From NCBI GenBank assembly GCA_051362555.1, contig CM120649.1, forward strand, positions 19,296,567-19,360,566: DNA of 64,000 nucleotides. The letters are read 5' to 3'. Numbering within the stretch: the stretch's first letter is position 1; the number at the start of each line of letters is the position of its first letter. This document shows positions 24,872 through 37,795 of this stretch, piece after piece. The translations under genes were made by a program, and so were the position numbers. The notes below the pieces were generated by a model. It searched no databases. It had not been told where the DNA came from and saw nothing but the letters and a program-made list of their open reading frames with translations. This DNA is from Lingula anatina. Taxonomy: Eukaryota; Animalia; Brachiopoda.

Positions 24872-27002
24872 AGTGACGTACAAATGTTTTCATTCTGTAC
24901 TGATCAGTTGAGGGCAGATTTAGCGATAACACAGAAAATTTAGTTCATATTGATTTCGGGTTAAGAGCCCGCCATATGTTTACAAGCCCAAGCCAAATTA
25001 TTTATTATCCGCCCCGATGATCACAAACTTAAGTCTCTTCAATAATAAAATATCCAATCTTACACGTCTGTAGGTAGGTTTTTTAAGTTAGCAAGAAATA
25101 CAGCCTGAATATATGTATATTTTGAACAGAAAAAGAGAAGCTGCACAGCGGCTCTGTTCACGGTGTTAGGAATGTATATACTCAGCACGTTGAACACCAT
25201 GTCCAAACTTTTTTTCAATTGCCTTTCTTCGTGATCCCCTTCACGTGAAGTGTGTGTGTTATCACGGGGCGCGTGTGCCACATTTTAGACGCTACACAAA
25301 CAAGGTGTTGACACGTGTCTCTAGTTCATGTGTTTGATATCACTTTTTGAAGTCTGACGAAAAACTAGGATTTAGCCAGGCTTAAAGATTTTATCAGAAT
25401 TTAAAGGCTTCATTTCAAAAAGGTGCTTAGTCTTGAATTCAGTTCGACAGCCCTGAAGGGAGATTTGAACATGAAAAAAAAAACCCAAGATAATCAGCTC
25501 TGTAAAAACAAGCTACAGTATAACTGCTGGATAATAGGCCCGTCATCAACAGCCATTATGTACAATCATATGCAAATTTAAATAATCACCTGGTGAAAAC
25601 AACATAACTACTGAGGTCCAGAGTGTTTTTTTTTTCTTTTTTTTTCTTTTTTTTTCAGTGATGTGTTCTACGTTCAGTAAGTGCAGAATTAGTCCAGAGA
25701 ACTAGAGGCGTACAAATTGTGGCAAATTCCATGTATGAGTATCGAAATCAATTTTGGTAGCAAACGTGCCGTGGATATGTTACACAAAGTGAGACGTTAA
25801 GCAGAGAAATACCATTCATGTTGCTTAGTGCCGTCTGCTTGGCTTAATCAAGGACGCGGAAAGTCAACAGATTTGAATTACGTCTTTTTACAGCATTTTT
25901 ACACTGACTGGTTATTTTAATGAAAATTTAATTGGATATAAAGTGACATCTACCTCCTGGCTACAACGGCATTGTGTGGTATTTTTTCCCTTAATTGAAT
26001 GTATTGATTTGCGTGGGAGACTTAACAAAGCGACCTTTTTATCTTTTTTTACTCTTTTTCAATATAAAACCTTAACCGTGACATTTACATTACAGTGTCA
26101 CGACCGCCTCCCTAAAATACATGTGGTAAAAAATCAATCTCTCTTAGATATAGCAGGGAACTTACTGACGCAAATAATGCCTAACCTATTACAGTTGACA
26201 GAAAACATTTAGCGAAGACAACAATGTATATAATCTACAGTTAAACACGAATCTATTTAACCGTCCAACAACGCCTTTTATGCCTCAGTAATGTGCCGGA
26301 GAGCAATTTCACGTTAAGGGTCGCTTACGTCAACAATATATTTGCACGAGTATTTAAACACACCGAGAAGTGTTTTGAGTTGCTATTTTCTTGCTATTTA
26401 AGTATGAATGTAGTGGGGTAACGGTTCATTTTTCGCTGTTCTGATCGATTATGTTATAGTGATGAACGGTAAATGTGATGGAATTAAGGTCTATAAGAGC
26501 CTGGAAGTAGACTAGTAAACTGAGCGAAAAATATGTCCTAACCCAGGACTAATAAATAAAACTGTTCCACTACTAGGATTTTCCTAGATTTTTAGTATGA
26601 TCATATGGGCTACCCAAAGACTTAAAAAAACATATTTCAAATTTTTTTTTTTCAATTAGTCCCGGGTCAAACCTTTTTTTTCTTAGACTAAAGAACAGAA
26701 ACTGCCACTGTACCAACAGTATTTTGATCCAGGATTCCAATGCAAAAATTATCAACAAAAATGTGGTTCATGTGATATTGAAGGTCATATATTCTGACAT
26801 ACATTCCGTTTATTCATATCATATCATATTAAAGAAAGTCCCCAGTAAGTGAATATTCAGACCTACATGTAGCTGGCTATGTTCAAACTTGTTTCACCTG
26901 GGCCATGTTGGTGCGCTAAATACTACAGATTTTATTCATTTGCGATTTTGTTTGCTGTGATATAAGTACATATTTGAGTCTCTGTTGTATTTTTAGTTCA
27001 CG

Positions 27003-29150
27003 ATGAGCACCCCAGACTTACCCACCCTACGCAAAAACCTGCTGCGATATGTTCGCAACCATGACACAGAAAAGGTGAAGAATTTCGTGAGTCAGTATCA
27101 GCCGCATATAGCTGCGATTGCGGGCCGTCCTGGCACAGATGACAAGGATGAGTGGTGCCCTCTAGGCTTGGCAGCTAGCCAAGGATATCTGGATATTATC
27201 AAAGTAAGGATTTTATATATAGTTCTCACAGTCTGAATCTTTTGTCTTTATTAATGTCTCAATCATGACGTTATCTGTAAACAAAACTTTTGTCAGGACC
27301 TAATTGGTTCTGTCGACCTGGCATACCCTGAAGCAATTACGCTATTCATAATTTCCACAAGCAAAGCATGGTGCATGTATTTTTTAAGGCAACTTGTTCA
27401 TTCTTCAAAAATTCTAAAATTTTTAAAGGTGCAGGAATTGAGTCATGTCAAGTTCTTCCTGTATCCCACAATGTATCCCACAATATACTCATTCAGTCTC
27501 TAACTGACAACCCGTCCAATCTCTCCAGGTTTTCATCCAAGCAGGCGTCTCTCCAGACGCGCGGAACCTGTTCGCCACGCTCTACACAGAACCTCCCAAA
27601 CCACCGGAGAAGCGACCCGACGGTCTGTTCGCCCAAGATTCCGCCATCTTCTTCGTCGACACGGACGGACCCAGCGCCCTCTATTCAGCGACGGAGCGCA
27701 ACCAGCGAGTAGCGGCGGAGATGCTCATAGCAGCCGGCGCCGATGTGAATACTCAGCGAGAGTCTGGCTCCACGTGCCTCCACATTGCCTGCTTCAAGGG
27801 GTACAAGGGTATGGTGGAAGCGTTGGTCAGTGGGGGAGCCAATGTGAATCTTCAGACGAAGGATGGTGTGCCGCCGTTGTTTGTGGCGGCACAGGAAGGC
27901 CATAAGGATATCGTGAAAGCCTTAATGGCGAAGGGAGCACAGGTAAGACAATAGTCTGAACCCCCTTTTCTTAAATTTTACCTCTAGCATGCATCCTCTT
28001 GGACACAACTACTCAGAGAACCTGAATTATGTCCAGAAATAATGAATGATAACTATAGATCTAAGCATCTAAAAGTGTAAATTTTGATTCGAATAAATCC
28101 CTTGGTTTATTTTATGATTATTCTTGTGTCATATTAACTAGTCATAGTCTTTCCCGGTGCAGTCAAGTACTGTCTAACAGGATCAATCTCACTTCCCAGG
28201 TAAACCTTCCCAAAAACAGCGGCGCCACCAGTCTCTTCGTGGCCGTAGAGCGGGGCCACAAACCCGTGGTGGAGACCCTAATGGAAGCCGGTGCCTACGT
28301 GAACATGCAACAGAAACGCGACTGCAGCAGTTGTCTCTACATGGCCGCCCAGAAGGGACACTCTTCCATAGCAAAGATGCTTTTATCACGAGGTGCCGGG
28401 GTCAACGTTCAGAAGGATCTTGGCTGGATCCCGCTCCACATCGCGGCTTATTTTGGTCACCTGGATACAGTAAACGCCCTGCTGTCCCTGGGTGGGGACG
28501 TCGACAAGGCGGCCTATAATGGGAAGACACCGCTCCACCTAGCGGCGGAGAGCGGGCACAAATATGTGGTGAAGTCCCTGATGGAGTCTAGAGCAAACAT
28601 GAACGCGCAGGATAAGGAAGGGAAGACACCGGTCCACATAGCGGCACAAACCGGCCACGTGCATATCGTGGAGATGTTGGTCGAGGCGGGAGCGGAAGTC
28701 AGCATCAAATCGAAAGATGGCACCACCTGTCGGGAGATCGCCGAGAACAATCCGGCCATCATGGAAGCCATCACCAAGGCCACCAAGACGCGCAAGTCCG
28801 TCTCCCAGTACGACGAGTTCACCAGACTTCTTGAAGCAGTCGCTGACAACCTTTGTGTGAACCAACACTGGAAGTTATTAGCACGTGATCTGCCTGTCAC
28901 AAACGCTGATTTCGTGGAAGGGTTCTTGGCTGAGTTAGAGAAGGCGTATCCAGAGAGCCAAAAGGAGCAGGCCTTCAGAGCCCTACGCGCCTGGAGAAAG
29001 TACAAAGGGAAAGAGGCCACGGTTGAGGCTCTCTTGGACGGCTTGAGGAAATACAGCTACACTAGCGCCGCTGACGGCTTGGAGCAAGAAGCAAAGAAAC
29101 TGAATTTGTTGACTTTACCAGCTGAGACAGCCTCAGTACCTGACGAATGA
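27003..29150 (+). CDS. Ankyrin-repeat + C-terminal death-domain protein (~521 aa; ANKDD1-like architecture); exons 27003-27203, 27529-27942, 28200-29150
   Basis: Both introns GT-AG, phase 0, in frame; multiple G.TPLH.AA..GH..VV..L repeats; C-terminal WKLLARDL...EQAFRALRAWR..GKEATVEALLDGL death-domain signature. Confidence 0.88.
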
Positions 29151-30413
29151 TCAAAATAATCAATTTTGTTTATACAAATAGTTACAATTCTGCCATGTAC
29201 GGTATTTATTTTTATTTATTTTATTTATTAATTTATTTATTTATTCTTTTTTTTTTGTATTTGTAGTTTCAAACCGTTGCCTGTTTACTGGACAGTTCAA
29301 AGATGTATTTGATATATAATCAAATATTTTCTAAAGATTTTTTAAGTGAAATACGTCATCAAAGGTTTAAAACCTGTTGTCTCTTTGTGATTCAGTTTTT
29401 GAATTATCATCAACTGTGATGTTTTCATATCAATAATACGCAATGCTGCACTAAGCCTCATTTCTGTTGTTCTTCCAATGGTGCAGTATCATTTACCAGA
29501 CAGAAATTGCAGAAAAAAAACTACCAGTTTTCACCCAGTTTTAAACCAAGATAATATAATAATGCAAAAAATGTGCGTGTTCATTCTCATGGTCAATTCA
29601 CATCAAATTAAATTACTTCCCGGCAAGTATTAACATATTCAGTTTTACCATTTATTTAGGTCAAGCAAGCTTTTGTTGAACCAAATTACTGTCAAGAAAC
29701 AAAGGGTGCGTGTAATAAAAAGTCCACCCTCCGTTAGATCCACACAGAATTTGGTAAGCTCGACGTCATTAAATCAAAATCTAGGACAGGTCCCGCCTGT
29801 ATAAATCAATGGGAACCGAATCCCGTATCACAAGGAGCTCTCTCGTACACGACACCCAACAACTCCCTTTTACGAGGAATATACAATATGTGCTGGTTTT
29901 GTAGGTCTCAGCAGAACGCACTGTTTTGTTTTAAGGGACCCAGAATGGAATCGCTTGTGTCTGTGGAGTACGTGATTGGAGCTTAATTATTAGCAGTCGC
30001 CCCCCCCCCCCCCTCTCCACTCCCCACCACCACCATCTTACACACCATGCACACAAACCCAAAACAACAGGAGCGTTTTGAAAATAAGACTTAAGTCCAA
30101 TAGTGCCACCTTCAGTGTTAAATCACACTATAATTATAAACATATAAAATGTCGAAAAAATACATTACCAATAGTGTTTTTTAATTTAATCACAATTGAA
30201 CATAAAAACACTGGCGATTGAAAGAGCATTGAATCTATATCCAAAAAAAAAGGCGAAAATCTCTCAGATAAAGAGAGTTGTTCTGTTTAAAATCGTGAGT
30301 GTCTACTTTTTAACCGCAGACATGATGAATAGGAAAACTATAAATAGTTTTTGCTTTCTGTCAAAGTTTACAACAGTCATGACAACGCGTGGATTTTATG
30401 TTCGGATCGATTT

Positions 30414-33400
30414 CTAATTCTCATTTAGACGCAATAAACGAATGAGTTCGTTCCTCAAAATATTCTCTTCCATAGACTTTTCTAATTTTCTTTTGAAATC
30501 GTCTCGTCTTGGTCCCATCCCGTTGCCAGCGCCCTCTTTTGCCGTTTCATCTCTACTCGGAATCTCGGGCTGTTTCACTGCAGCTGCAATACCGAAGTCG
30601 TTCGTTCATTGAAATCATAAAAATTATTTTTAATAATTAAGATTATAAGATCAAATATTAAAAAAAGGTAATTGTGAAAAAAACATGATAATATAAATCA
30701 TAGGTCAAATAACTATCAGTTCTATGCTAATAATTTTGTTCACTAGACGAGCTGTGTCAATTTTGCATACTGAGTTATATTTGTGGGTTTACCTTCGCGT
30801 ATGGGGCCAAGAATTTGGTCTACTGCTGACGTCATGACCTGCAAGTCTCGTTTAAGTCTCGTGGCGTGCAACACGGCCAATGACACGTGCTTTACCAGAA
30901 CAAAATCCATCACAGCATCACCTGTCAGAAAATATCATTGTTGATAAGCTGCTGTTTCAAATAATTTGATTCTATCTAATTAGCATTACTGATTCCATTC
31001 AATTTATTTCAAGACAACTGTGGTGTCTGATATACCAATATAGTACGGCAACTATCAAGATATCATCATTCTTTAGATTATTTTGTGCAAGAATAAAATA
31101 GTGAAGAAAACTTAAGCTTCATTCTTTATTTACTGCGAATATTCATATGTCAACTGAGCGAAGCCAATACCTATATTCTCAGCAGTAATATCCACGATCT
31201 TCTTCAACTGTTCCTGTCGTGTCTGGAGACACGTCACATCACTCAGCAGTTTGGTTACCAGTGACTGAGCGTTAAACTGATCCTGGTGGAAACAGATTTC
31301 ATAGTGAGAAAGATAAAAGAAGTAGTATTGAAGCTTGATAAGAATGGCATGAAGAGGTTAAACTGAGCTTGATGTAAAGAAGAATGTCAACAAGGGGTGT
31401 ACGTTGATCAGGGGCGGATCCAGAGATATTTTCTGAGTCTTCCAAATTATCTTTTTTGATCCAACCTCCATTTTTGACCGTCTTCCGACAGAAAAAAATA
31501 GACATCCGTCAATGTAAACTTGAAAATGTGACCGTCTTCCGGAAGAATCAGAAGACGGCCTAAATCCGCCCCTGTTGATTGTGCTCTTTACATAAATACT
31601 GCACGTGATGACCGCAGTAAAATCATCTTGCAATTGTACTTTGTTTTGAAAATATCTGATGAAATGGCATGCGCCTATTATTTTACTTTACTTACTCCTT
31701 CGTCTTCAGTAATAATATTCACGTATGAGGAAAAACTTATGCATTCACTTGGTTTCTTCTTAAACCCTAAAGAAGGACAAAATGTCAAATTTTTAAATGT
31801 ATATTTACGTCATTGGTGTCATCATTGACCTACAAATGTAGCCACAGTAAAGAGCCTGATACACGGGACAATGATTATACAAACATGCCACCTAACCTTT
31901 TCTAAATATCATTGCTTTGAATTTGTACAAGATATAAAATTATGCGTATTCGTCTATAACCTGACGATATCACTTTTGTTATGGTTTATATAAATTAAGT
32001 TCTTTTTGATTACTGCCGTATATAAACATTTCTACTGGATCAAATGACAATACATATGTCCGTACCTTTCTCAATGATTCGGTCCAATGTTTGACACACC
32101 TGTCCCAATAGTGACACTAACCAGTAACCGGTATATCTGAAGTCGCCTTCAAACTCATAGATGTGGTCTTGCAGTTCTCCATCTACAAAGTGGGTAAATA
32201 CGAAAATCTTTCCAGAGAGATTTACCTTACAAATGTGACGCACAATTTTGCTTTTTGTCGGCTCTTGCTCATTTTATTTTTCAATTAACAATAAAATGAA
32301 ATTGCTCTTTACCATTGAGAGTGGGAGAGTTGTGATTTCTCGGCGCCAGCTGCTCACGATTAATTCACACTTACAAAATTTCAAATTAAACGATACACTT
32401 GAACATCCGATAATCCACTGAACTATTTTTTTCAACCTTTACTTGAATATCTTTGAACTAAAGCACTAAAGAAATAATTCAATAATCACAAGAAGCGTCT
32501 TCGGCCAGTTTTCCTGCTGCGCATTTTCTTGCGGCTACGGAATCTTTCAGATTAAAGGCCTGACGCTTTAGATCTGCCATCATCGTAGCCATAGCAGGAC
32601 TTCTGAGGGCTGGAATAGAATGGTTCAATAAAATTAATTTAAAGTAGGGTATAACTTTGTGTGAAAATAGTTTAATTGTCTTAAGTATTTAAAAAACTAC
32701 CTTTGATAATTTTTTCTAGGAGTTGAAATGTAAAATAATGTATTCGATGCAACTGAACCTATGGAAAATAAATTGCAAACATCTTCAAAAGATGTCATTA
32801 TAAAGTATAAAAGAGTTTACAAAGACGTTATCTAAGGGGCATATGACGTCATATTGTCACCATGACGTCAAATGACGCTTTCATTGCATCACGTGGCTGC
32901 TGGGAATTCTTGATGTGCCTCGATGCTATTATGCTATTGGTAATCGTTAATCTTCAATTATAATTTTATTTTTCTAAATAAAACTTACGTTCATTGTTTA
33001 CGTTACTGTTTCTTTTACGGATAACTTTACGTCGTGTGGTAGAACTAACGGGCATTTCTCCACTTTCTTTTCTCAACGGCTGTGTGGACTTCGGCCTTGT
33101 CCTGGACTGGCGCTACAAAAGTGAATGAATAAGAACATTTTTTATATAAGGGACTGACCTGAATAATCAAGGCAAACCAAACAGTCTTTTTTGTTTACCT
33201 TAAAATAATTCCCTGTTCAATGTACACTTAGCAAAGCTTATCTCAGTGAAAAAATGATTTTGAAACTCACGAGACTCGCTAGCAGTTCACGCGTGGTATC
33301 ATCCGACGAATCTGAAGACTGGATCTCGCTTTCTCCTGTAAAATAATAAAGAAAGAAAGAAAAGAAAAAAAAACAAGTATTTCATCACATGTATTTGAAG

Positions 33401-35667
33401 ATTCGAGAAAACCTGATATTTTGTAAAAAGGTTTTGCTTGATGAAACCAGGAAATTCTCAGATTTTGTAAAATGCATTGCTTGATGATAACAATAAATAT
33501 TAAGCTTTTGACATTTAATAAACCTCGTTGATCTACTTACGTTGACGTAGTTGACGTGCCAAGTTGTATACTGCTCTGGTGATGTTTTGTTCGACCCAAA
33601 ATATTCTACAAACGTCCATCACGATAATAGCAACGTTCTGTACTAAATCTTCATCTGCTAGATCTTCAAAAGACGAATTTGTTAAAGAATAAAGGGACAA
33701 TATCTGATGAAACAAAGCCGCTGCTGTTTTACCGCTGTTTAAGTGACATTTGAATAGATAAGACGTGGAGTAATATGAAATGGTTGCTGTCATCATTTCA
33801 GCAATGCTTTTTTATTGAGTGAAAGACATCCTACTTTGCTCTCTAACTGCAGTTTATTAACTGGGTATTTACAAATTCCTTCAGAGCAGAGACCTCATTC
33901 AAAACAAAAATAATTAAAAATGCTGAAAAGTGTTCAACGTTTATCCGGTCATGGTCTACCAGTCATGTACCAGTAGGATAGAGGAAATATGTGCTCATAT
34001 TTTCGGGGACATGCTTCCTGAAAACTGGTTATTAAATGGCCGATTTATCGATGCTCACCTACGGTGCTTGTTGTATTGAAGACTGCGTTCTTAAACAAAG
34101 TCACTTTCCCGTGCATACAGGAAAGATCGGCCAGTAGAGACGCTGATAAACCCCGGGCAACGTCGCCACTCTGAAACAAGAGACAGTGACAAGTGACGCT
34201 ACTGAAAATACGGACTCAGATTGGTTTGATATCCTTTTGTAAAGAAAATGGTAAAAATGCCAGATCCAGGTGTGATTCATTATCAAGATTTGTCACGCAA
34301 ACTCTAATAACCTGATCAATCTGTGCAACTGATCTCTTTAGGGAACGCACAACATTTTCATTTTTATCAATATCATAAATTTCATTCAGTGATAAAACAT
34401 AAAATTATGTCATACTTTTTCTGCTAATGCTTCGCCTGTAGCCGTTGGACAAGGGCATGGACTGAGACTGACAAAGATTTGAGTGTTGTAATTTCAGAAT
34501 TTTTATGAGTGGACACTAATATGATACAAAGTTTAAAGCACTTAAATAATTACAATATATTTTCAGCAGTTGACCCTTGTTTTTCTATGTTACGTACCTG
34601 TAGTTGTTAGATATGAGTGCTGGATGATATAGATGATCAGCTGAATTTTCCTGTTGATATTCATTTAAATTACATCTTGCACGACACAATACTTACATCG
34701 TCTGCTTCGAGGTCATAATTTTTGACAGCTTGGTCAAATTGTGAACAACGTCTCCAGCCCGACCCGACTCCTTGAAAGAGAATTTAGTGTTCATTTCACT
34801 TCTAATGAATCAGTCTGTTTCGGATCCACCAATTTTTACATTTTGTATACAGCATAGCAACGTTTTCCTATGTCATTTTACATTTGTGTTACCTAAAACC
34901 TTTTTATTCAGCTCGTTCATACTATTTACATCGTTTGCAGAAATATTCTATCCTCACTTAAACATAAATATGTGTTTCCATTAGACGCTGAAACGCTGAA
35001 TGAAACAGTGGGGGGTGGGGGGGTGGCAGTTATTTCATTTTTGAATACATTTTTCGAAATGTTTCTTAAACCATTCAGAATTTAATTTGAAAAAAAAATA
35101 ATACTCTTAAAAGACGTTTTACAGACATAGCCTTTACATCGGGTCTTCAACATATTAACCAACCTCCATCCGGGATTCTGCGCTCCTTATGAATACATTA
35201 TGTTAATTAGGTTTAATTAAGTGCACGGGGGGGGGGGTAATTGGCGAGAGGACAATTTAAGACTTTAACTGATATCTATCTCGCGATAGCTCAGTTGGTA
35301 GAGCGGAGGACTGTAGTGGATATTTAGGGGCATCCTTAGGTCGCTGGTTCAAATCCGGCTCGCGAGACACTTTTGCCTAGCAAACTGATGGATCGTTACT
35401 GAACTCATCGCAGTCTTAGTATATAATATTGCTTCTGTCAAATCCATCTCATTCTATCTCTCCACCCTCTCTATCTCTTAATCTGTTTTCACTTTTGAAC
35501 TCTAAATTTTCACTCCATCTATCTTTCACTCTCTCTCTCCCTCCCTCTCTCTCTCTCTCGCACACATACACACACACACACACAGAGAGAGAAAGAGAGA
35601 AACGCAAACGTACACACGTGTGAAAACTTGCAATTATGTTCACCCAAATAAAATAGAACATGTCTGA

Positions 35668-35723
<56 letters not shown>

Positions 35724-36877
35724 CCGGCCCATATCAACTTGCTCAAGAGGGTCCACAGGTCCAACGTCATGAAATCAGCGACATCTTTTACCTGTTGAAG
35801 ATCATCGTTCAGTTTGACGAAATGTTCACCAAGAAGACGTGCTAGAAATAGAAATAAATTTGATGTGACTGAAATGAATACCTAATTATAAAAGTTTAAA
35901 CAAGCTATTCCTTTCTGCGCTTATTTATCTATCAATTTACTTATCATTCGCCCATGTATCTATTTATGTTATTGTTCATTGTTTTGTCTATAGTGATGGT
36001 TTTATCTATGGGCAGAGAAAAAGGCTCCGTCATGCAGTGAAACCTTTGACAAAATGCAGCCGATGATCACATCTTTTTGCCACCTCAAGGTCATTCGCTT
36101 TATCAAAAGCACACAGCATGTCCATGGTCTTGTGCTAGTCCAGAGTTATAAGAACTCGCTAAGGAAGAAGGGGTAAAATTTTGTTCTAAAAACGGGTGCT
36201 TTTTTTGGTCATGTTTGTAGAATGTATGTAGCAGGCCTGTGGCGGGGGTGTGGGGGGGGGGGGTTAAATGATATATATATAACTACCAGGAAATCTTGTA
36301 CAAGTATTTACCAGCAGTGTCCTGAGCCAGCACCTCGCTCTCTCTTCTTAACGTGGCGAAAGAGGCGTTCACAGTGGCCAGTCTGCTACCTAGCGTCCTT
36401 ATAACTGTGTTAATATAATCCGTGGACAAGGCTGTAAAGTGAAAATGGCGAAAAAAGTTAGTATATAGTAATAGATAAACTACGTCTTCATTTTTCACCA
36501 TAATTTTTGGTCATTGTCATTCAATTTGATTATTCTTGAAACATAATTCTACTGTCACTTGTGTCTGAGAAGCACGCGTACCTGCTTTCTTTCACGTGCG
36601 ACCGTGCAGATTTATGCGTGTGCGCGCTCTTTAAGTTGCCTTGTGCGTAGTTCTGCATTCCGCGTATATACTGTACGTGTATCTTGTATATTTTATGCAT
36701 TATCTTTTTCAATTAAAACCGTCACTCCCACAATTTAGTTAAAATATTGTACTTACGGTCAAGTAGTGTTCGTTTTTCAACTCTGTTCTCATCTCTTGCA
36801 TACTTCAGAATATTGGCCAGTAGGCTGCCGGGCTGGTAGTCTGTCCCTACACCATTAGATGGCGTGCTGTCTCCACT
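30414..36877 (-). CDS. Uncharacterised two-module protein (gene 2, >520 aa, first exon not resolved); exons 36877-36757, 36431-36312, 35841-35725, 34770-34697, 34170-34059, ~33663-33541, 33335-33271, 33112-32989, 32609-32490, 32182-32066, 31766-31696, 31282-31171, 30921-30793, 30583-30414
   Basis: 14 exons with GT-AG ends and compatible phases give one stop-free frame; exon sizes and key residues repeat internally and match the neighbouring gene at 40523-50605. Confidence 0.75.
31409..31574. mobile_element. CAGGGG-TIR MITE, independent intronic insertion
   Basis: caggggcggatcc...taaatccgcccctg flanked by TTGAT on both sides. Confidence 0.8.
35280..35367 (+). tRNA. tRNA-Tyr(GTA) with 15-nt intron
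   Basis: ctcgcga/tcgcgag acceptor stem, TAGCTCAGTTGGTAGAGC, anticodon loop ctGTAg, intron tggatatttaggggc, GGTTCAAATCC, downstream TTTT. Confidence 0.95.
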
Positions 36878-36933
36878 CTGGAGAAAAAAAATACAGTAAA
36901 ACGCGTCTACAGTGCCTTCTACCACAAGTCATA

Positions 36934-37149
36934 GGCTCCATTCCCATAGATTTTAGATCGATCTATCCCCGCGGGGAGTCTCACTAGATTACTTTCAGAT
37001 AATCCGACTTAAATGTCCGTCCCGCCTACTACAAGCTGTTAGAGGGTAATTAACTTTCGTGTCCGCCCGGCTGACAGCTATTTAGCGTGAACCCCCAGGG
37101 AGTTAGGTCGACCTAAAGTAGGTCGATCTAATCTATGGAAATGGGGTCA
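36934..37149. mobile_element. PIF/Harbinger-like MITE
   Basis: ggctccattcccatagattttagatcg...cgatctaatctatggaaatggggtc, ATA on both sides; near-identical to 43726-43940. Confidence 0.75.
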
Positions 37150-37706
37150 TATATTGGATATTCCACTAGATATTCACAGACGTATCTCAGAAGAATTCTT
37201 AACACTTTGTTAACTGCGAGTTTTTCTTTGGTATTTTAATTTACTTTCCCCACCTTTAATGATTATGTGTTTTTCGCACCATCAAAACCGCAGCTAGAAT
37301 TTGACGACTCTCGCTCAAATCAAATCAAATCAAATCACATAATCATCAAAACTAGTAAATTATTCTTTAGTCGATATGTGCAAATTATAAAACACCATCA
37401 CTCAGTTGCCCTTTAGTGCAGAGTACGTCTATCAAATTTATCACAGATAATGAGGAAATCCCAGGACCAACCGGAGGGGGGGGGGCGGCTCTTAGTCTTG
37501 ATTACTTCATGGATAAATTACTTTTACTTTAATTGATGATAACGAGACTGTAATGAAATGGACTCGCGTGAAGATAACCATCTCGTACCTCTTGGCGTTT
37601 CACGCCGTTTATGACAGTAGTATGTTAATTAGGCTTAATTACATGCACTCTAAATGATTCATGTAATTGTGGCCGTAATGTGGATACACATATAAGGAAT
37701 TTATAT

Positions 37707-37795
37707 CTCGCGATAGCTCAGTTGGTAGAGCGGAGGACTGTAGTGGAAATATATAAGATATCCTTAGGTCGCTGGTTCAAATCCGGCTCGCGAGA
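37707..37795 (+). tRNA. tRNA-Tyr(GTA) with 16-nt intron
   Basis: Mature sequence identical to 35280-35367; intron tggaaatatataagat; TTTTT terminator. Confidence 0.95.

Noticed and set aside
24608-24943. Repetitive ORFs (TAQGFNTTK, CSLCGVKTL) as proteins
   Set aside because: Translations of a 27-bp minisatellite, open in several frames, no supporting gene structure seen
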